From Octopus sinensis (lineage: Eukaryota), in NCBI RefSeq assembly GCF_006345805.1, contig NC_043011.1, forward strand, positions 50,480,464-50,544,463: 64,000 nt of DNA, written 5' to 3'. The translations under genes and the position numbers were made by a program. The notes under the pieces are model-generated. The model searched no databases and was not told the origin of the DNA. It saw only the letters and a program-made list of their open reading frames with translations. Positions 40,189 to 54,118 of the stretch are shown here, one piece after another (within the stretch, counting starts at the first letter, position 1; each line of letters opens with the position of its first letter).

Positions 40189-40450
40189 AACAATATTTAT
40201 TATAATCTATCTATTGAAGAATAGCATTATGTACGTTCCTCCAAATGAACAATGATCCCATAGAAGCAGGTTCGGAAATTCCCAGAGAAGGAGAAATAGT
40301 TGTAAGACACGATATGGTCTGGTTATTCTGCATCAACAATTAGTAGCACCAGCGAGCATAAATTGAATCTATTCTATTAAACCTAGACTTACGTTAGATA
40401 ATAACGAAACATATAAGTTTTTTAATGCTATTTCACTAATAACAAAAATA

Positions 40451-41260
40451 ATGAGCCTGGCTAGGCTTGAAAGGGGCGACGTTTATCGTTTTTTTAATAC
40501 TATTTCACTAATAACAAAAAACGAAACATATAAGCACAAGATAAATAGACTATGTCAGATATGTTCAACAAGGAATACCAATCCAACAATCCACCTTGTA
40601 AGTTATTAATAGAAGCTTGAAATGGCAGGGGTCGGTGGTGACCTCTGTTGTACTATTTCGCCACATCTTTCTCTCACTCTCTCTTCCTGTTTCTTGAGTA
40701 ACCCTGCGATGGACTGGCGTCCCGTCCAGCTGGGGGGGGGGCACATACGCCACAGAAACCGGGGAAGCGAGGCCCATGAGCCTGGCTAGGCTTGAAAGGG
40801 GCGACGTTTATCGTTTTTTTAATACTATTTCACTAATAACAAAAAACGAAACATATAAGCACAAGATAAATAGACTATGTCAGATATGTTCAACAAGGAA
40901 TACCAATCCAAACAATCCACCTTGTAAGTTAATTAATAGAAGCTTGAAATGGCAGGGGTCGGTGGTGACCTCTGTTGTACTATTTCGCCACATCTTTCTC
41001 TCACTCTCTCTTCCTGTTTCTTGAGTAACCCTGCGATGGACTGGCGTCCCGTCCAGCTGGGGGGGGGCACATACGCCACAGAAACCGGGGAAGCGAGGCC
41101 CATGAGCCTGGCTAGGCTTGAAAGGGGCGACGTTTATCGTTTTTTTAATACTATTTCACTAATAACAAAAAACGAAACATATAAGCACAAGATAAATAGA
41201 CTATGTCAGATATGTTCAACAAGGAATACCAATCCAAACAATCCACCTTGTAAGTTAATT
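40451..41260 (+). repeat. About 326-bp tandem repeat (about 2.5 copies) carrying SINE-D fragments; inverted copy at 38878-39214
   Basis: ATGAGCCTGGCTAGG starts at 40451, 40776 and 41102. Confidence 0.9.
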
Positions 41261-41601
41261 AAAAGAACCTTGAAACATAAATTATACTGTAAAAAGAATG
41301 TAGCATAATCGAGGTTTTATAGTTGATCCGATCAACGCGACAGCTTGCTCTTCAACTTAACGTGCAAGAGACAAAGCGCTTCATAATCACGTATACCCTT
41401 AATATAGTTGTCAGGGAGATTCGGCGTGACACAGAAAGTGACGAGGCTGGTCCTTTGAAATACAAGTACTACTCGTTTTTGCCAATCGGGTGGAGCGGCA
41501 AAAAATAAAATAAAGTTTCTTGTTCAAGTAAACAACGACCTTTACGATCGGTAGCCGAATACACTTACCAATAACCACTCACCTTCACACCGTGATATAT
41601 A

Positions 41602-41996
41602 CTCTTTTACTCTTTACTCTTTTACTTGTTTCAATCATTTGACTGTGGCCATGCTGGAGCACCGCCTTTAGTCGAGCAAATCGACTTATTCTTTGGAAGC
41701 CTAGTACTTATTCTATCGGTCCCTTTTACCGAACCGCTTAGTTACGGGGACGTAAACACACCAGCATCGGTTGTCAAGCAATGTTGGGGGGACAAACACA
41801 GACACACAAACATATACACACACTTACATACATACATATATACGACGGACCTCTTTCAGTTTCCGTCCACTCAAAAGGCTTTGATCGGCCTGAGGATATA
41901 GTAGAAGACACTTGCCCAAGGTGCCACGCAGTGGGACTGAACCCGGAACCATGTGGTTGGTAAGCAAGCTACTTACCACACAGCCACTCCTACGCC
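41602..41996 (-). mobile_element. SINE family C, full length
   Basis: Head and tail both present. Confidence 0.88.
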
Positions 41997-42186
41997 TATG
42001 AATAACATATAAAATTATGTGTGGGCCTTACTAATATATTTTATCCTCATAGCACACTAAAAATCGTAGTCTAATTGAATATTAAAGGAAGTGCTAAGAG
42101 TAGCGAAGTAAAATAGCTTAGCTAAATCGCTATAAATGTTTGTTGATATAAAACTTTGAATAACCAAACTTTTCTGCCATTTACAG

Positions 42187-42258
42187 GGTAGGAGCCAGTC
42201 ACTCTTCGCAGCTTCTGTTGTAACTCTATTACTTAAACATACATATAAGTATATATGA
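42187..42258 (+). CDS. Gene A exon 5, GRSQSLFAASVVTLLLKHTYKYI* (hydrophobic C-terminal tail)
   Basis: Acceptor AAACTTTTCTGCCATTTACAG is conserved with 27165-27185. The paralog reads IRSQSVFATAVVTLMLAHI* with conservative substitutions. Confidence 0.7.
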   Translation, partial: GRSQSLFAASVVTLLLKHTYKYI

Positions 42259-43120
42259 TGCCACTACAACGATGTATGTGTATTGTTTTAAAAACGTCAT
42301 TCAATGAGATGAGTCGTAGGGGTGAAAACCCAATATTGCAAGAGATCAGCTTTATAACACATGTCTACAATTGTCTACGTAACACTGAGGATATCTTTTA
42401 ATGTTCTACACAGTATTCTGTAACTTTAGATTAAAATAACTTTGTGTGATTTCATCGATTTTTTTCTATGTAAATTTTTGTAATTTTCAAATCGTTTTAA
42501 ATGTAACGTTCGAAATATCCACCCCGGAGGAAAATGGTGCCATACCAGCAGAATGAATAGTATTAAGAAAAGGAGAAACTGTTGTACGTTTCATTGTAAG
42601 CCGCAAATTCTACATTAAACAAGAAGTAATATTATCTTAACGTAAACTATAATCTGACTGACACAGAAGGCCCACAACAACTAGACTCTTAGGAGTTACT
42701 ACGACTCATAAATAAATAACAGCTAAACACAAAGAGAAGTTCTACACCTACTTCCGTTGCAAATATAAACTCCAATACAACAATACAGACATCTGAGAGC
42801 ATTAATAATACGGAATATTCAAGAAGCTCTATGCCAGGTATTGAAAATATTTCAACATGACTTTAATAACAATTTTCCTCATATATAAAGCCGAGGTGTA
42901 TGTTTCTATAAGGACAGTATTTAAAAGCTCTCGCAAAGCAAATCTAGAATGAAAACAATAATGTCTTCCATCCGTGTTGCTATATTTCATGTTATGATAT
43001 AGAGAAATTACAACCAGGAATGATCGTTTCGACATTTCGTATCCGAGACGTTAGATGTAAACAAGCAATGAGATGGAAGATGAAAATATGGGTGATGGGC
43101 ATATATGCTATATTACGGGT

Positions 43121-43347
43121 CGAGCTGGCAGAAACGTTAGCACGCCGGGCGAAATGCGTAGCCGTATTTCGTCTGTCGTTATGTTCTGGGTTCAAATTCC
43201 GCCGAAGTCGACTTTGCCTTTCATCCTTTCGAGGTCGATAAATTAAGTACCAGTTACGCACTGGGGTCGATGTAATCGATTTAATCCGTTTGTCTGTCCT
43301 TGTTTGTCCCCTCTGTGTTTAGCCCCTTGTGGGTAGTAAAGAAATAT
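43121..43347 (+). mobile_element. SINE family B
   Basis: TSD ATATTACGGGT at 43110-43120 and 43348-43358. Confidence 0.88.
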
Positions 43348-43689
43348 ATATTACGGGTGTTTGTGGCTATAATTTGTATAGATTTTCTATAGAATTATAG
43401 CCATATCTATAGAAAATCTGCAGAGATGACCTTAATACGTGATATAAGGGCACTGCTGACACATTGTCACAAATTCAATATCCATATATTGTTATTAATA
43501 TTAGAGGTGATCCTATAAATATTCACCGAACACCGAACCCTAAAAAACAGTAAATGTAATAGGGATCTGTAATAGGCACTGCCCTAAATTTAGCAAATAT
43601 CAATAGACATAATATGAGATTAGTATATGCGACATCACTCAATATAGAATACTACATACATAAATATACATCACTCAGTATAGAATACT

Positions 43690-44230
43690 ACATACATAAA
43701 TTAAATAACATAAAAGTTAATAAGACATAACTAGAGGGAGAAAAATTGAAAAACCGCACAACAAACCAAAATAAACACCGATGGAACGGTTGCGAATATG
43801 AACGATTAAAGTTCCTCCATAAAGGGGATGGGTCCAAACAGCACCATACATTTGTCCATAAGATCCATAACTGAGGGAAATAAGAACACACTGTTTCGGG
43901 AGAAAGAAAGAACGTGAGCACTAATGACTCCGTTAACCGAACCAGAAAAGATAATGTAGCATGTAACTTCAGACGGAAAAATGAATGCAAATTTAATAAC
44001 AACTGCATGGAATAAAACGTAGTTTACAAATGTGAAATAAAGTCGGGTGCATTAACATGTGTAGATTGGTGCGACTGGGGGCACCATGAAAATTCTTCTG
44101 CGTAAACATCTTACTACTTTTCCAATGTAAATAGAAGGCACTGGTCTTCATTATCTAACCTCATCAGGAGATTCAAACGGAATGGAGTGGAGCATACAAG
44201 TAACTACACATTAATAAAAAAAAATTAACG
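43690..44230 (+). mobile_element. Penelope-like element (Cys-rich linker plus GIY-YIG) remnant
   Basis: CNFRRKNECKFNNNCME*NVVYKCEI...IGATGGTMK. Confidence 0.65.
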
Positions 44231-44589
44231 AAACAGAGAAACACTAATCAACATTCTTTTCTACTCTAGGCACAAGGCCCGAAATTTTGGGGGAGGGGGC
44301 CAGTCGATTACATGCATACGTGCATATATATGTATGTTCATAAACAATGCCTTTATGATCCCACGAAATACAAAATATACCTCTTTTGCTATAGATATTC
44401 GCCTTTCATTGCTGTTTTGGGGAATCCTTACGCAAACTCTAGGATCTTTTGCGCGCTACGTTTTCATACACAATCCATTTCTCATCTCCACTCACAAGTT
44501 GTTTCAAAAAAAGTATGCTTTCATTGTTTCAAAACCATATCAGAAAAGGAATACCGGTCAAAGTAATGCTTTTTTGAGCGTTTGTGACT

Positions 44590-45120
44590 GACCCATACAT
44601 TACCGCGAGAAATGTATCCTAGCTTCACTGGGTATTCATAAGCCGTACTTTTAGAAACTTCCAACTCTTCGACGAGTTCTCTAGTCGTGATATTTGAGTT
44701 TTGTTTCGATTTTCGCTTTCAAAACATCATCCATTTTTTTAAGGCTTTCCACTGCGGCTGTCATTTTCGAAGCTACACTCTCCAGCTTTAAATTTTGCAA
44801 ACCACCTTCGAACAGTTGATTCCCCTACAGCATCATCACCACAAATTTCCCAAATGCTTTTGAAAAATTTGCAGTATTTTCTCCTTTAAAAAAAAAGAGA
44901 ATTACAACGCGAACGTGAACTTTTTGGTTATCCATTTCAAATGTCAATAAAGGGCAACCCGAATGAAAGATAAATTTATTTTTGCTCAGGAATAAAGAAG
45001 GAAAAATGCACAAGCACTTCAAGCAACGCCAAATTTTTCATTGTGCTATGTTTCAGGTGTGTTCAATGTTCAATGAAGCTTTGAAAGATTTGAAAACGCT
45101 CAGAACTTTCCGGACAAACT
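44590..45120 (-). mobile_element. Mariner N-terminal transposase remnant
   Basis: MDNQKVHVRVVILFFFKGENTA and STVRRWFAKFKAG remnants. Confidence 0.7.
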
Positions 45121-45251
45121 TACATACACACACACAAACACATACATACATACATACATGCATACATACATACGTACATACATACATACATACATACATA
45201 CATACATACATACAACATACATACATACATACGTACGTACGTATAATAATA

Positions 45252-45297
<46 letters not shown>

Positions 45298-45852
45298 TCT
45301 GCACAATACCACAGATTTGTTTGTCAGTTAGTTGACCTTAACCAGTTAAGCATGTTCTTTGGTGGCTGACTACATGGGAATCTCTGACCACGATCAGAAG
45401 TAGTTGGGGGTGTATCATAGCTGTGTGTTGAGAGGAATTCTTTGGAATTTGGATAATTCACCTCTGGAAACATAGGTGTTTTGTTCATCATCCTTAAACA
45501 ATCCTTATTCAGCGACCTTTTGAGCGGGGTGGGCTACTCCACCTGAAGAAAATTCTAACTGGTCCCTACCTGCAACGTCATGTTCTGTTAATCTTGATAT
45601 GAGGCCACCATGTCGTGCACATATGGTTGTGGTGCATGTGCAACAGAGACCGATAGATTAAGTTTCTAGGCTTACAAAGAATAAGTCCCGGAGTCGATTT
45701 GTTCGACTAAAGGCGGTGCTCCAGCGTGGCCGCAGTCAAATGACTGAAACAAGTAAAATAGGGAAAAAGAGTAAAGAGTATCAAGTATAAAATCTCACCG
45801 CTAGGTGGAAGTTGTTCGCTCCCTCGTTTGCAATATATCGGACACAGATATT

Positions 45853-46002
45853 TATTTCTTTATTGCCCTCAAGGGAGCTAAACATAGAGGGGACAAACAA
45901 AGACAGACAAGGGGATCAAGTCGATTACATCAATCCCAGTGCGTAACTGGTACTTGTTTAATTGACCCCGAAAGGATGAAAGGTAAAGTCGACCTCGGTG
46001 GA
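45853..46002 (-). mobile_element. SINE family B, 5'-truncated
   Basis: TSD AGATATT at 45846-45852 and 46003-46009. Confidence 0.8.
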
Positions 46003-47440
46003 AGATATTGTGTGGTTAACCATCTGCAGGAGGTGTCCTACTGGGTTTAAAATGAGTAGTAACATTGTTCTATGCAGAACGACCACGCTGAGTTGGTAAC
46101 AACCATTACTTGTCAGTAGTGTTACTACTTACATCTGTTATAGATTTTGGAAGTAGCAACTTTGCTTGTTGCAGATGTGTGTCGCTTGTTTATTTATATA
46201 TTGCGAAGTGGGACGAACGACTGCCATTTCTACCAGACAGTTGAACCAGTATTGAGGAAGGGTGAGACCCTGAGATCAGCTGGTCTACCGGCCCTGTCAC
46301 CGCTAGGTGGAAGTTCGCTACCTTGTCTGTAATATATCAGGCACAGATATTGTGTCATTAAACAGCTGGAAGAAGTGTCCTCCTGGGGTAAAAAAAACAA
46401 ACACAGTAGCGTCATTGTTTTATGCAGAACAGCCATGTTGAGGTTGTAACGACCATTACTTGTCAGTGGAGTTACTTCTTATATCTCTTATAGAGATTTT
46501 AAAACTAGCAACTTTGCTTGTTGAAACAGAGATTCATTTTTGTTTATTTATTATCAATACAATGTTGTTATAAAGATGATCTTTATTATTTTTCATTATG
46601 AATAACTGCATTTATTTGAGGGGAAACTTAGAGTTACCTACCAGTAAAATGAACGGACAAACAGTTAACTAATTATAAATTATAATTTCAAAGGTAAAGC
46701 AATTTTGCTAAAAATATAACGAAGAAAAAATTTGATTACTTAATAGGCTTAAATAATATGGAAAAGTAAGCTATAGTCAAACATTTAATTATTTACTTAC
46801 TTGCATTATATTTGTAGAAAAAAGTTTTAGTAAATAAAAAAAAATTAAACTACTATTGTTACAAAATACTATGGCAGTTATCACTTCATTTTCACACATT
46901 AAAATAATTTAAAATTTATTTCCATTTAAGCTTAGCAATAAGAAAATAATTTGGGTGAAAAATGGTTGATCAGTATTGAATGGCTTGGCTTATTTGAATA
47001 TTTTATTTAATTGGCAACCCATTTTAATTTAGTTATTTTTCTAGACTTATTTAAATACTTAAGAATATTATTATCCCTTGCTCGCACTTTTCATTCGAGT
47101 CGACATTTTTACAGGCGATGCAGAAAAATTAATAATTCCTATTCTAATGATAAATTTAGCTTCCTTTTTCATATTACTTCATTTCTTATTGGTCAATAAT
47201 TGATTGTTATTCGTTTTTGTTAGAAATTCTAAATTGAATAGCACTTTCTTTACATTGAGTATTATGAAATCTTCCGATTTAGAATAATTTTTTTAATTAA
47301 TATTTATCAGAAAAATTTTTTTTAATGAGAGCAATAATAAAATATATAAAGCACTAATTACGAGTAATGAAGAATCAAATGAATTAGGAGAGAAGGTAGA
47401 TTAAAAAATTTAAGAATTATAGACTGGATTTTCTCTCTCT

Positions 47441-47833
47441 CTTTTACTCTTTTACTTGTTTCAGTTATTTGACTGCGACCATGCTGGAGCATCGCCTTTA
47501 GTCGAGCAAATCGACCCCAGGACTTATTCATTGTAAGCCTAGTACTTTTTCTATCGGTTTCTTTTGCCGAACCGCTAAGTTACGGGGACGTAAACACACC
47601 AGCATCGGTTGTCAAGCGATGTTGGGGAGACAAACACAGACACACTCCAACACACACACTCACATATATATATATATATACATATATACATATATACGAC
47701 AGGCTTCTTTCAGTTTCCGTCTACCAAATACACTCACAAGGCTTTGAAAACACTTGCCCAAGGTGCCAGGCAGTGGGACTGAACCCGGAACCATGTGGTT
47801 GGTAAGCAAACGACTTACCACACAGCCACTCCT
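47441..47833 (-). mobile_element. SINE family C
   Basis: Head and tail present, with a small internal deletion. Confidence 0.86.
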
Positions 47834-48632
47834 TTCTGTTTACATTGTATTGACAAGTTTTAATTTAAAAACCTTTGTAATTGCAAGTAAGTCAAACATT
47901 TCGAAATGGCAATTATTGGATAATTCACCTCTGGAAACATAGGTGTTTTGTTCATCATCCTTAAACAATCCTTATTCAGCGACCTTTTGAGCGGGGTGGG
48001 CTACTCCATTTGATATATTTTCTTGAAACTAACAAGACAAGATAATCTGGTGGATTTTTCATTTGAACACAAAGTTTAGTTTGCTTTTCAAATAGCTGAG
48101 ATATTTGGAGTTAAAGTTAATCTTAGGCATTAATTAGCAATATTTTTGGTCACTTAAAGCTGCATTTGTTCTACCTAATACCTTTTAATGAGGTCTTCAC
48201 CAGAAAAATCCTCTCGTCAAGATCTTTTAAAAGGATATGATTAAAACGTAGTTTTCTTTTAAATAACTGAGAAATTGCGAGCAAAGTAACTATTAGGCGT
48301 TACTCTCCCAGTTTTGTCCCTACATTTTTCATCATAACTTTTTTTCTACTGAACCAACTTTCGATACTTTTATGTCAAAATGTAGCTAAACACTGCTCCA
48401 ACATAGCGCAACAAACCGAATTAAGATTGATTTAAAAGCGTTAAATCCGCCGCGAGTGAGTAAAAGTTGACCTTAAGAATATTAGTAACACACTACTGTA
48501 TGTGAATGATATTTATGTTACCCTAATATATCAGCCTTGAAGCACTACCAAATGTTGTTAATATATTAGGGTGGTCAATTTTAGAAGGGTACTTTTTACA
48601 TTTCTCTTTTTTTAGATCTACACCATCACTGA

Positions 48633-48676
<44 letters not shown>

Positions 48677-48924
48677 TTATGAGAAGTAATGGTGTCAAGA
48701 AGACCCAAAGGTGTTAGGTAATGCTGAGGAAGTGCTATGGACAGACTGTAGTTAAGCTCCACGTTCGGTGATTATGCGTATGACGAGTCTAACGTAGGTC
48801 ATATATATTAGCATGCATGTATATAAAAAAATTAACAGAATGAGATAAAGATCCAAGGCTGTGAAAAGTTTCAGAACATTTATAAAGAGGTCTTATAGCT
48901 GTTTCCGGGCTATTTTATATATAT

Positions 48925-48995
<71 letters not shown>

Positions 48996-49059
48996 ATCGG
49001 AGAGAGTGCGAGAAAATGGTTAAGCAATAGTTATTCCAGAGAAGATTTGAAATAGAAAG

Positions 49060-49146
<87 letters not shown>

Positions 49147-49283
49147 ATGTAAAAATAAATACAAACTGGGACAGGAACGCAAAACATTTAGAAGACGATA
49201 CAAAAAACACGGACGGGACATTCGAAGCCTTCAATCTTCAGTCAAGAACCGGATCATCTTCGCAATTGCGGCTGAAATATATA

Positions 49284-49350
<67 letters not shown>

Positions 49351-49443
49351 GGAGTAAACACATAAATATGAAACAAGGTGGAAAAGAGAGTACTCAAATA
49401 CCATGGGTTAGAGTAATATGCTTTATTTAAAAGCAGCAGAAAT

Positions 49444-49500
49444 TCAACAAAACCTGTTACTCGGAGTTTCATGTTCCCGTTCGTCGGACAGTTTTGTTGA
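49444..49500 (-). ncRNA. Degenerate minimal type I hammerhead motif
   Basis: TCAACAAAACTGT-CCGACGA-ACGGGAACAT-GAAA-CTC-C-GAG-TA-ACAGGTTTTGTTGA: about 13-bp stem I and palindromic stem III. Two T-to-C changes away from an ideal core and stem II. Confidence 0.55.
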
Positions 49501-49760
49501 TATATATATATATATTATATATATATATATTTATATTTATATATACATATATTACCATAATTTATATGCTTTGCTTCACTACCAGATGTTGTTCATATGA
49601 TAGGGACGCCCATTTTAGAAAATTGATTTTTATATTTGTTTATTTTCTAGATTCCACCACTGCAGACTATGAGGTTTGGTATAAAAACAGTCATAGCACA
49701 TGTTCAGTATGATTGAACAATATATCATACTGCTACAAGGCTGATATATTATGGTAATAA

Positions 49761-50677
49761 ATTGGGTCATCCCATAAATAATGCAGTTCTTTCAATTACA
49801 TGAACTAAATGTGGCAGTTGGACGGATAAACTACTTGCATCAACTTGCTATAAAAGCAGGTAATAAATTTATCGCGTTTTTATTCTCTGTGCAGGTTTTG
49901 AAGAGTGCAGTTTGATTTTAACAGTCATTTTTTTTAAAGCTATAATGGAAGTAACAAAGCTGCATATTCGGCATATTTTCCTTTATGAGTTCAATAAAAG
50001 CAACAACGCAACGGAAAGTGCGAGGAATATTAAAGCAGTGTATTTGGATGGACAATAAGCGCAGGCCAATGTCAACGGTGGTTCCAGAAATTCCGAGCCG
50101 GAAACTGTAGTCTATAAGACAAGGCACGTGCTAGAAGATCTGTACAGCTCGACGAGGACGCCCTGAAAACTCTAGTGGAACAAAAACCAATCGTAATTGT
50201 TGATGAACTAGCAGAGAGGCTTGAATTTGGTCAGTCAGTCATTCAGCAGTATCATCGCAAGAAGAAAAACATCGTTTTTGGTTTCAAGATGAAAAGTGTC
50301 CTTCCATCAAGATAATACTCGGCCATATACAGCGAGGATGACATCCCAAAGCAGTTTGAATGTGAAACGATGCTTCACCCACCATATTTGCCGGACATTA
50401 CCCCATCGGATTATAATTTATTCCACAGTCCTCAAAATCATTTGGATGGAAAAAAGTATGAATTCTGTACACGAGGTAAGTACAGTACTACTGGAGTATT
50501 TTTCGTAAAGGACATGTGAATTTTGGAAAAGGGGCCTTGCAAGTCTACCTGATAGATGGAAGAGCATTGTAGAAAATGAATGAGAGTGCATTTTAGAATT
50601 AAAAAAAGTTGCTTGTTTATCTTAATTCTCAAAAATAAAGAAGCATAAAAAACGGCAATATTTATGGGATAACCCAA
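49761..50677 (+). mobile_element. Internally deleted mariner of a second family
   Basis: TIR ATTGGGTCATCCCATAAATA / TATTTATGGGATAACCCAAT; remnants MEVTKLHIRHIFLYEFNK, CQRWFQKFRAGN, HQDNTRP and PSDYNLFHSPQN. Confidence 0.85.
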
Positions 50678-50701
50678 TATATGTGTATGTACTTATATAT
50701 A

Positions 50702-50742
<41 letters not shown>

Positions 50743-50769
50743 TACATATATATATATACTTATATATAT

Positions 50770-50815
<46 letters not shown>

Positions 50816-50885
50816 TAGATAGATAGATATAGATAGATATATAATATGCATATATTTATATATATATAATATATATATATATATT

Positions 50886-50916
<31 letters not shown>

Positions 50917-51243
50917 ACGTATGTATATATATACATATGTGAGTGTGTGCCTGTATGTATGAATATATATATATATATATATACAAACACACGCACGCAC
51001 ACATACACACACATATGGTTCTCAGATGAGGTCCTGATAACCTCCGTATAGAAGACATTTAGTAGTGCTCAAAAGATTGAAGCTTAATCTCCGATGTTCT
51101 TCACGGGGGATTGTTACGAAAGGTGAAGAAAAGCTATGATGGATTATCTTGAGGAGGTATAGAAGCAATTACGCGGATAAACAAACAAGACGCTTCAATT
51201 ATATCAAAGAAATTAATTAGATCAAATACAAAATATGTATATA

Positions 51244-52070
51244 CAGGGGTTGGACAAAACAAAGGAAACACCTAGCATTATAGAATCATAATTTTGAAAT
51301 ATCTATAAACCGTCAAAAGCTTGTCTATTTTTATGTTCTTTTTTATTTATTATTAGTGTTGCTTAATATGTTTTGCTAAAATTGTTGTTTCGTTTCAGAT
51401 ATCATCATAAAAAGGTAAAATTCATTGACAAATCTATCGGACTTTCAAATAGTTGGTGGTCGTATGCCAGGCGCTAGCGTAACGAAAACAGCCGAAATGT
51501 TTGGTGTATCAAGAAGTACTGTTTTGAGAGTAATGACAGCCTTGGAGAAAGGTTGTCATTAAAACAAAACTTTGGAAGAAAACCAAAACTTTCAGATAGG
51601 GACCGTCGGACTCCTACGCGAATTGGTAGAAAGGTTCACAAAAGTCCAATTCCCAAAATTACTGCAGAGGTTAATGACCACCTCAAGAACCCAGTTTCTA
51701 CAAAAACTTTTCGCCGGGAACTGAACAAAACCGGACTTCACGGGAGGGCTGCAATCAGAAAACCATTACTTTCAAAAAACAAACGTTGCAAAGCGTTTAG
51801 AGTGGAGTAAAAACCTACAGAATTGGTCTCTAGAGCAGTGGAAGAATGTTATTTTCTCAGATGAGTCCTCCTTTACCTTATTTCCGACCACCGACCAAGT
51901 ATACGTGTGGAGACAGCCAAAAGAAGCATTTGACCCAGACTGCCATCTTCCAACTGCTAAACATGGAGGAGGATCTGTGATGATTTGATGGGCTATATCT
52001 TGGAAATCTGCCGGGCCAATGGTTTCCCTTCATGGCAGAATTAATAGTGAAGGCTGCTTAAGCATTTTAT
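51244..52070 (+). mobile_element. Tc1-like transposon, 3'-truncated
   Basis: TA|CAGGGGTTGGACAAAA end; GRKPKLSDRDRR, GRAAIRKPLLS, VIFSDESSF and KHGGGSVM remnants. Confidence 0.88.
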
Positions 52071-52481
52071 GACCTTAGTCATAAATAGGTGTAGAATAAG
52101 GTCCATAATGCATTAACTAATTCGATCCAAGTCTGATTTAGTGGTCAGAACAGCCTGTTAAAAGTCTTAGTGGAGATGTTGGGTTTGTGGTCTTTCATGC
52201 TAATAATGCATTAGCTAAGTGAGGTTGATGTAAGTTTTTCACGGGAAAGGAGTCAAGATTTCCCGTTTTGTCCGCACGAAGTTTTGTCAGTGAACAGGTC
52301 GCGGTTTCAAAGTGACTATATTTTGACACTAATTAAATTTAAATGTTAAAGTGAATCTAACGGTTGTTTGTGTGTGTGTGTGTTCTTAAATTGCATATAA
52401 ACATCTTCCATGCAGCAATAGTTCCTGTTTTAGCACACGATCTCAGATCAAGTCATTTGCCATGCAAATACATCTCGTTAT

Positions 52482-52515
<34 letters not shown>

Positions 52516-52541
52516 GATATATATATTTATTATATAGAAGG

Positions 52542-52590
52542 AGCTTCTACGGACTAGAACTGTTTCATTCAAAGAAATCTTCAGGAAGCT
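52542..52590 (-). ncRNA. Hammerhead motif, slightly degenerate copy in left inverted-repeat arm
   Basis: Reverse complement of 54119-54169 with single-nt losses in loop II and stem III. Confidence 0.55.
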
Positions 52591-53097
52591 AGTTAACAAG
52601 AATGGTATTGGCATTTTACATTTAGGCAGGTTTAAAGGGTGGTGGGGACTTTTTGGGGGTAGGTATAGCGCAAAATATCATACTTGGGGAGTGGTCAAGG
52701 AGTCAGTGGTAAATTAGATAAAAGAATAAATAAAAAAAATAAAAAAATATATATATAAAAAATAGAGTTTTAGGTAAATAAGGAGATTCTCACTTGGATG
52801 CGCGTGTGTGTGTGTGTGTGTATGGGTACGCATGTACATGTGTATGTGTATATGTGTATGTATGTATGTGTGTGCGTATATTTGTATATGTATGTATGTA
52901 TATGTATGTATGTGTGTGTGTATATATATATATGTGTGTGTGTATGTGTATAAATGTATGTATGTATGGATGTATGGATGTATGTATGTATGTATACGTA
53001 TGTATGTGTATGTGTGTATATGTATGTATGTGTATGTGTGTATATATTGTGTGTGTATATATTTGTGTATATATATATATGTATATATATGTGTATA

Positions 53098-53144
<47 letters not shown>

Positions 53145-54118
53145 GTATGTATTTGTATGTAGGTGTATATGTATGTGTGTATATATATATATTTATTGGT
53201 GTATATGTATAGACTAGCCTTCTAAGAGTGTAGACATGAATCTGTAGGTACGCGTACGTATGAGTATATACGTGAATGTATGTAGATGTATGTATGTATG
53301 AATATAACGCGTGCGTGCGTGTATGTGTATGAGTGTACAATGAGTGAGTGTACGTGCTAATGAGTGTGCGTGCGTGAATGAGTGCTTGTTTTCAAGTAGA
53401 CAGATAAATGGACTTGCTGTCATAGCCAAGATCCTTGGGACCAGCGGTCAAAGATAACAAAAGTAATAAATGAAGATAATAAAATTAAAATTAGGGAATG
53501 GGTCTGTATTTGTATGTATATATATGTGTGTATGTGTAGGTATGTATAGGTACACATATGTATATATATATATATATATGTATGTATATGTATGTGTATG
53601 TATATATATGTGTGTATGTGTATATATGTGTATATAGGGACTAGTGTGCTGTGTGTGCATGTGTGTATGTGTGTATGTATATATATTTTTCTGTGTGTAT
53701 ATGTATGTGTGGTCGTGTGTGTATATATACATGTGTGTATACGTGTATGCATGTGAGTGAGTGTATGTATATATATATATGTGTATGTGTAGATATGTAT
53801 ATGTATGTGTATGTGTATATATATGTATATGTGTGTGTGTGTATGTATGTGTGTGTATGTATATATGTATGTATGTGTGTGTATATATGTATACATATGT
53901 GTATAGGTATAAGTGAGAATCTCCTTATTTACCTAAAACTCTATTTTTTATATATATATTTTTTTATTTTTTTATTTATTCTTTTATCTAATTTACCACT
54001 GACTCCTTGACCACTCCCCCAAGTATGATATTTTGCGCTATGCCTACCCCCAAAAAGCCCCACCACCACCCCTTTAAACCTGCCTAAATGTATAATGCCA
54101 ATACAATTCTTGTTAACT

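Noticed and set aside
42187-42223. Alternative frame of exon 5 (VGASHSSQLLL* / LGASQYSQLLL*) if exon 2 spliced directly to it
   Set aside because: It is conserved too, but would leave three unpaired Cys and ignore the well-formed exon 3. Phase 0 gives a coherent hydrophobic tail. Not excluded as a minor isoform.
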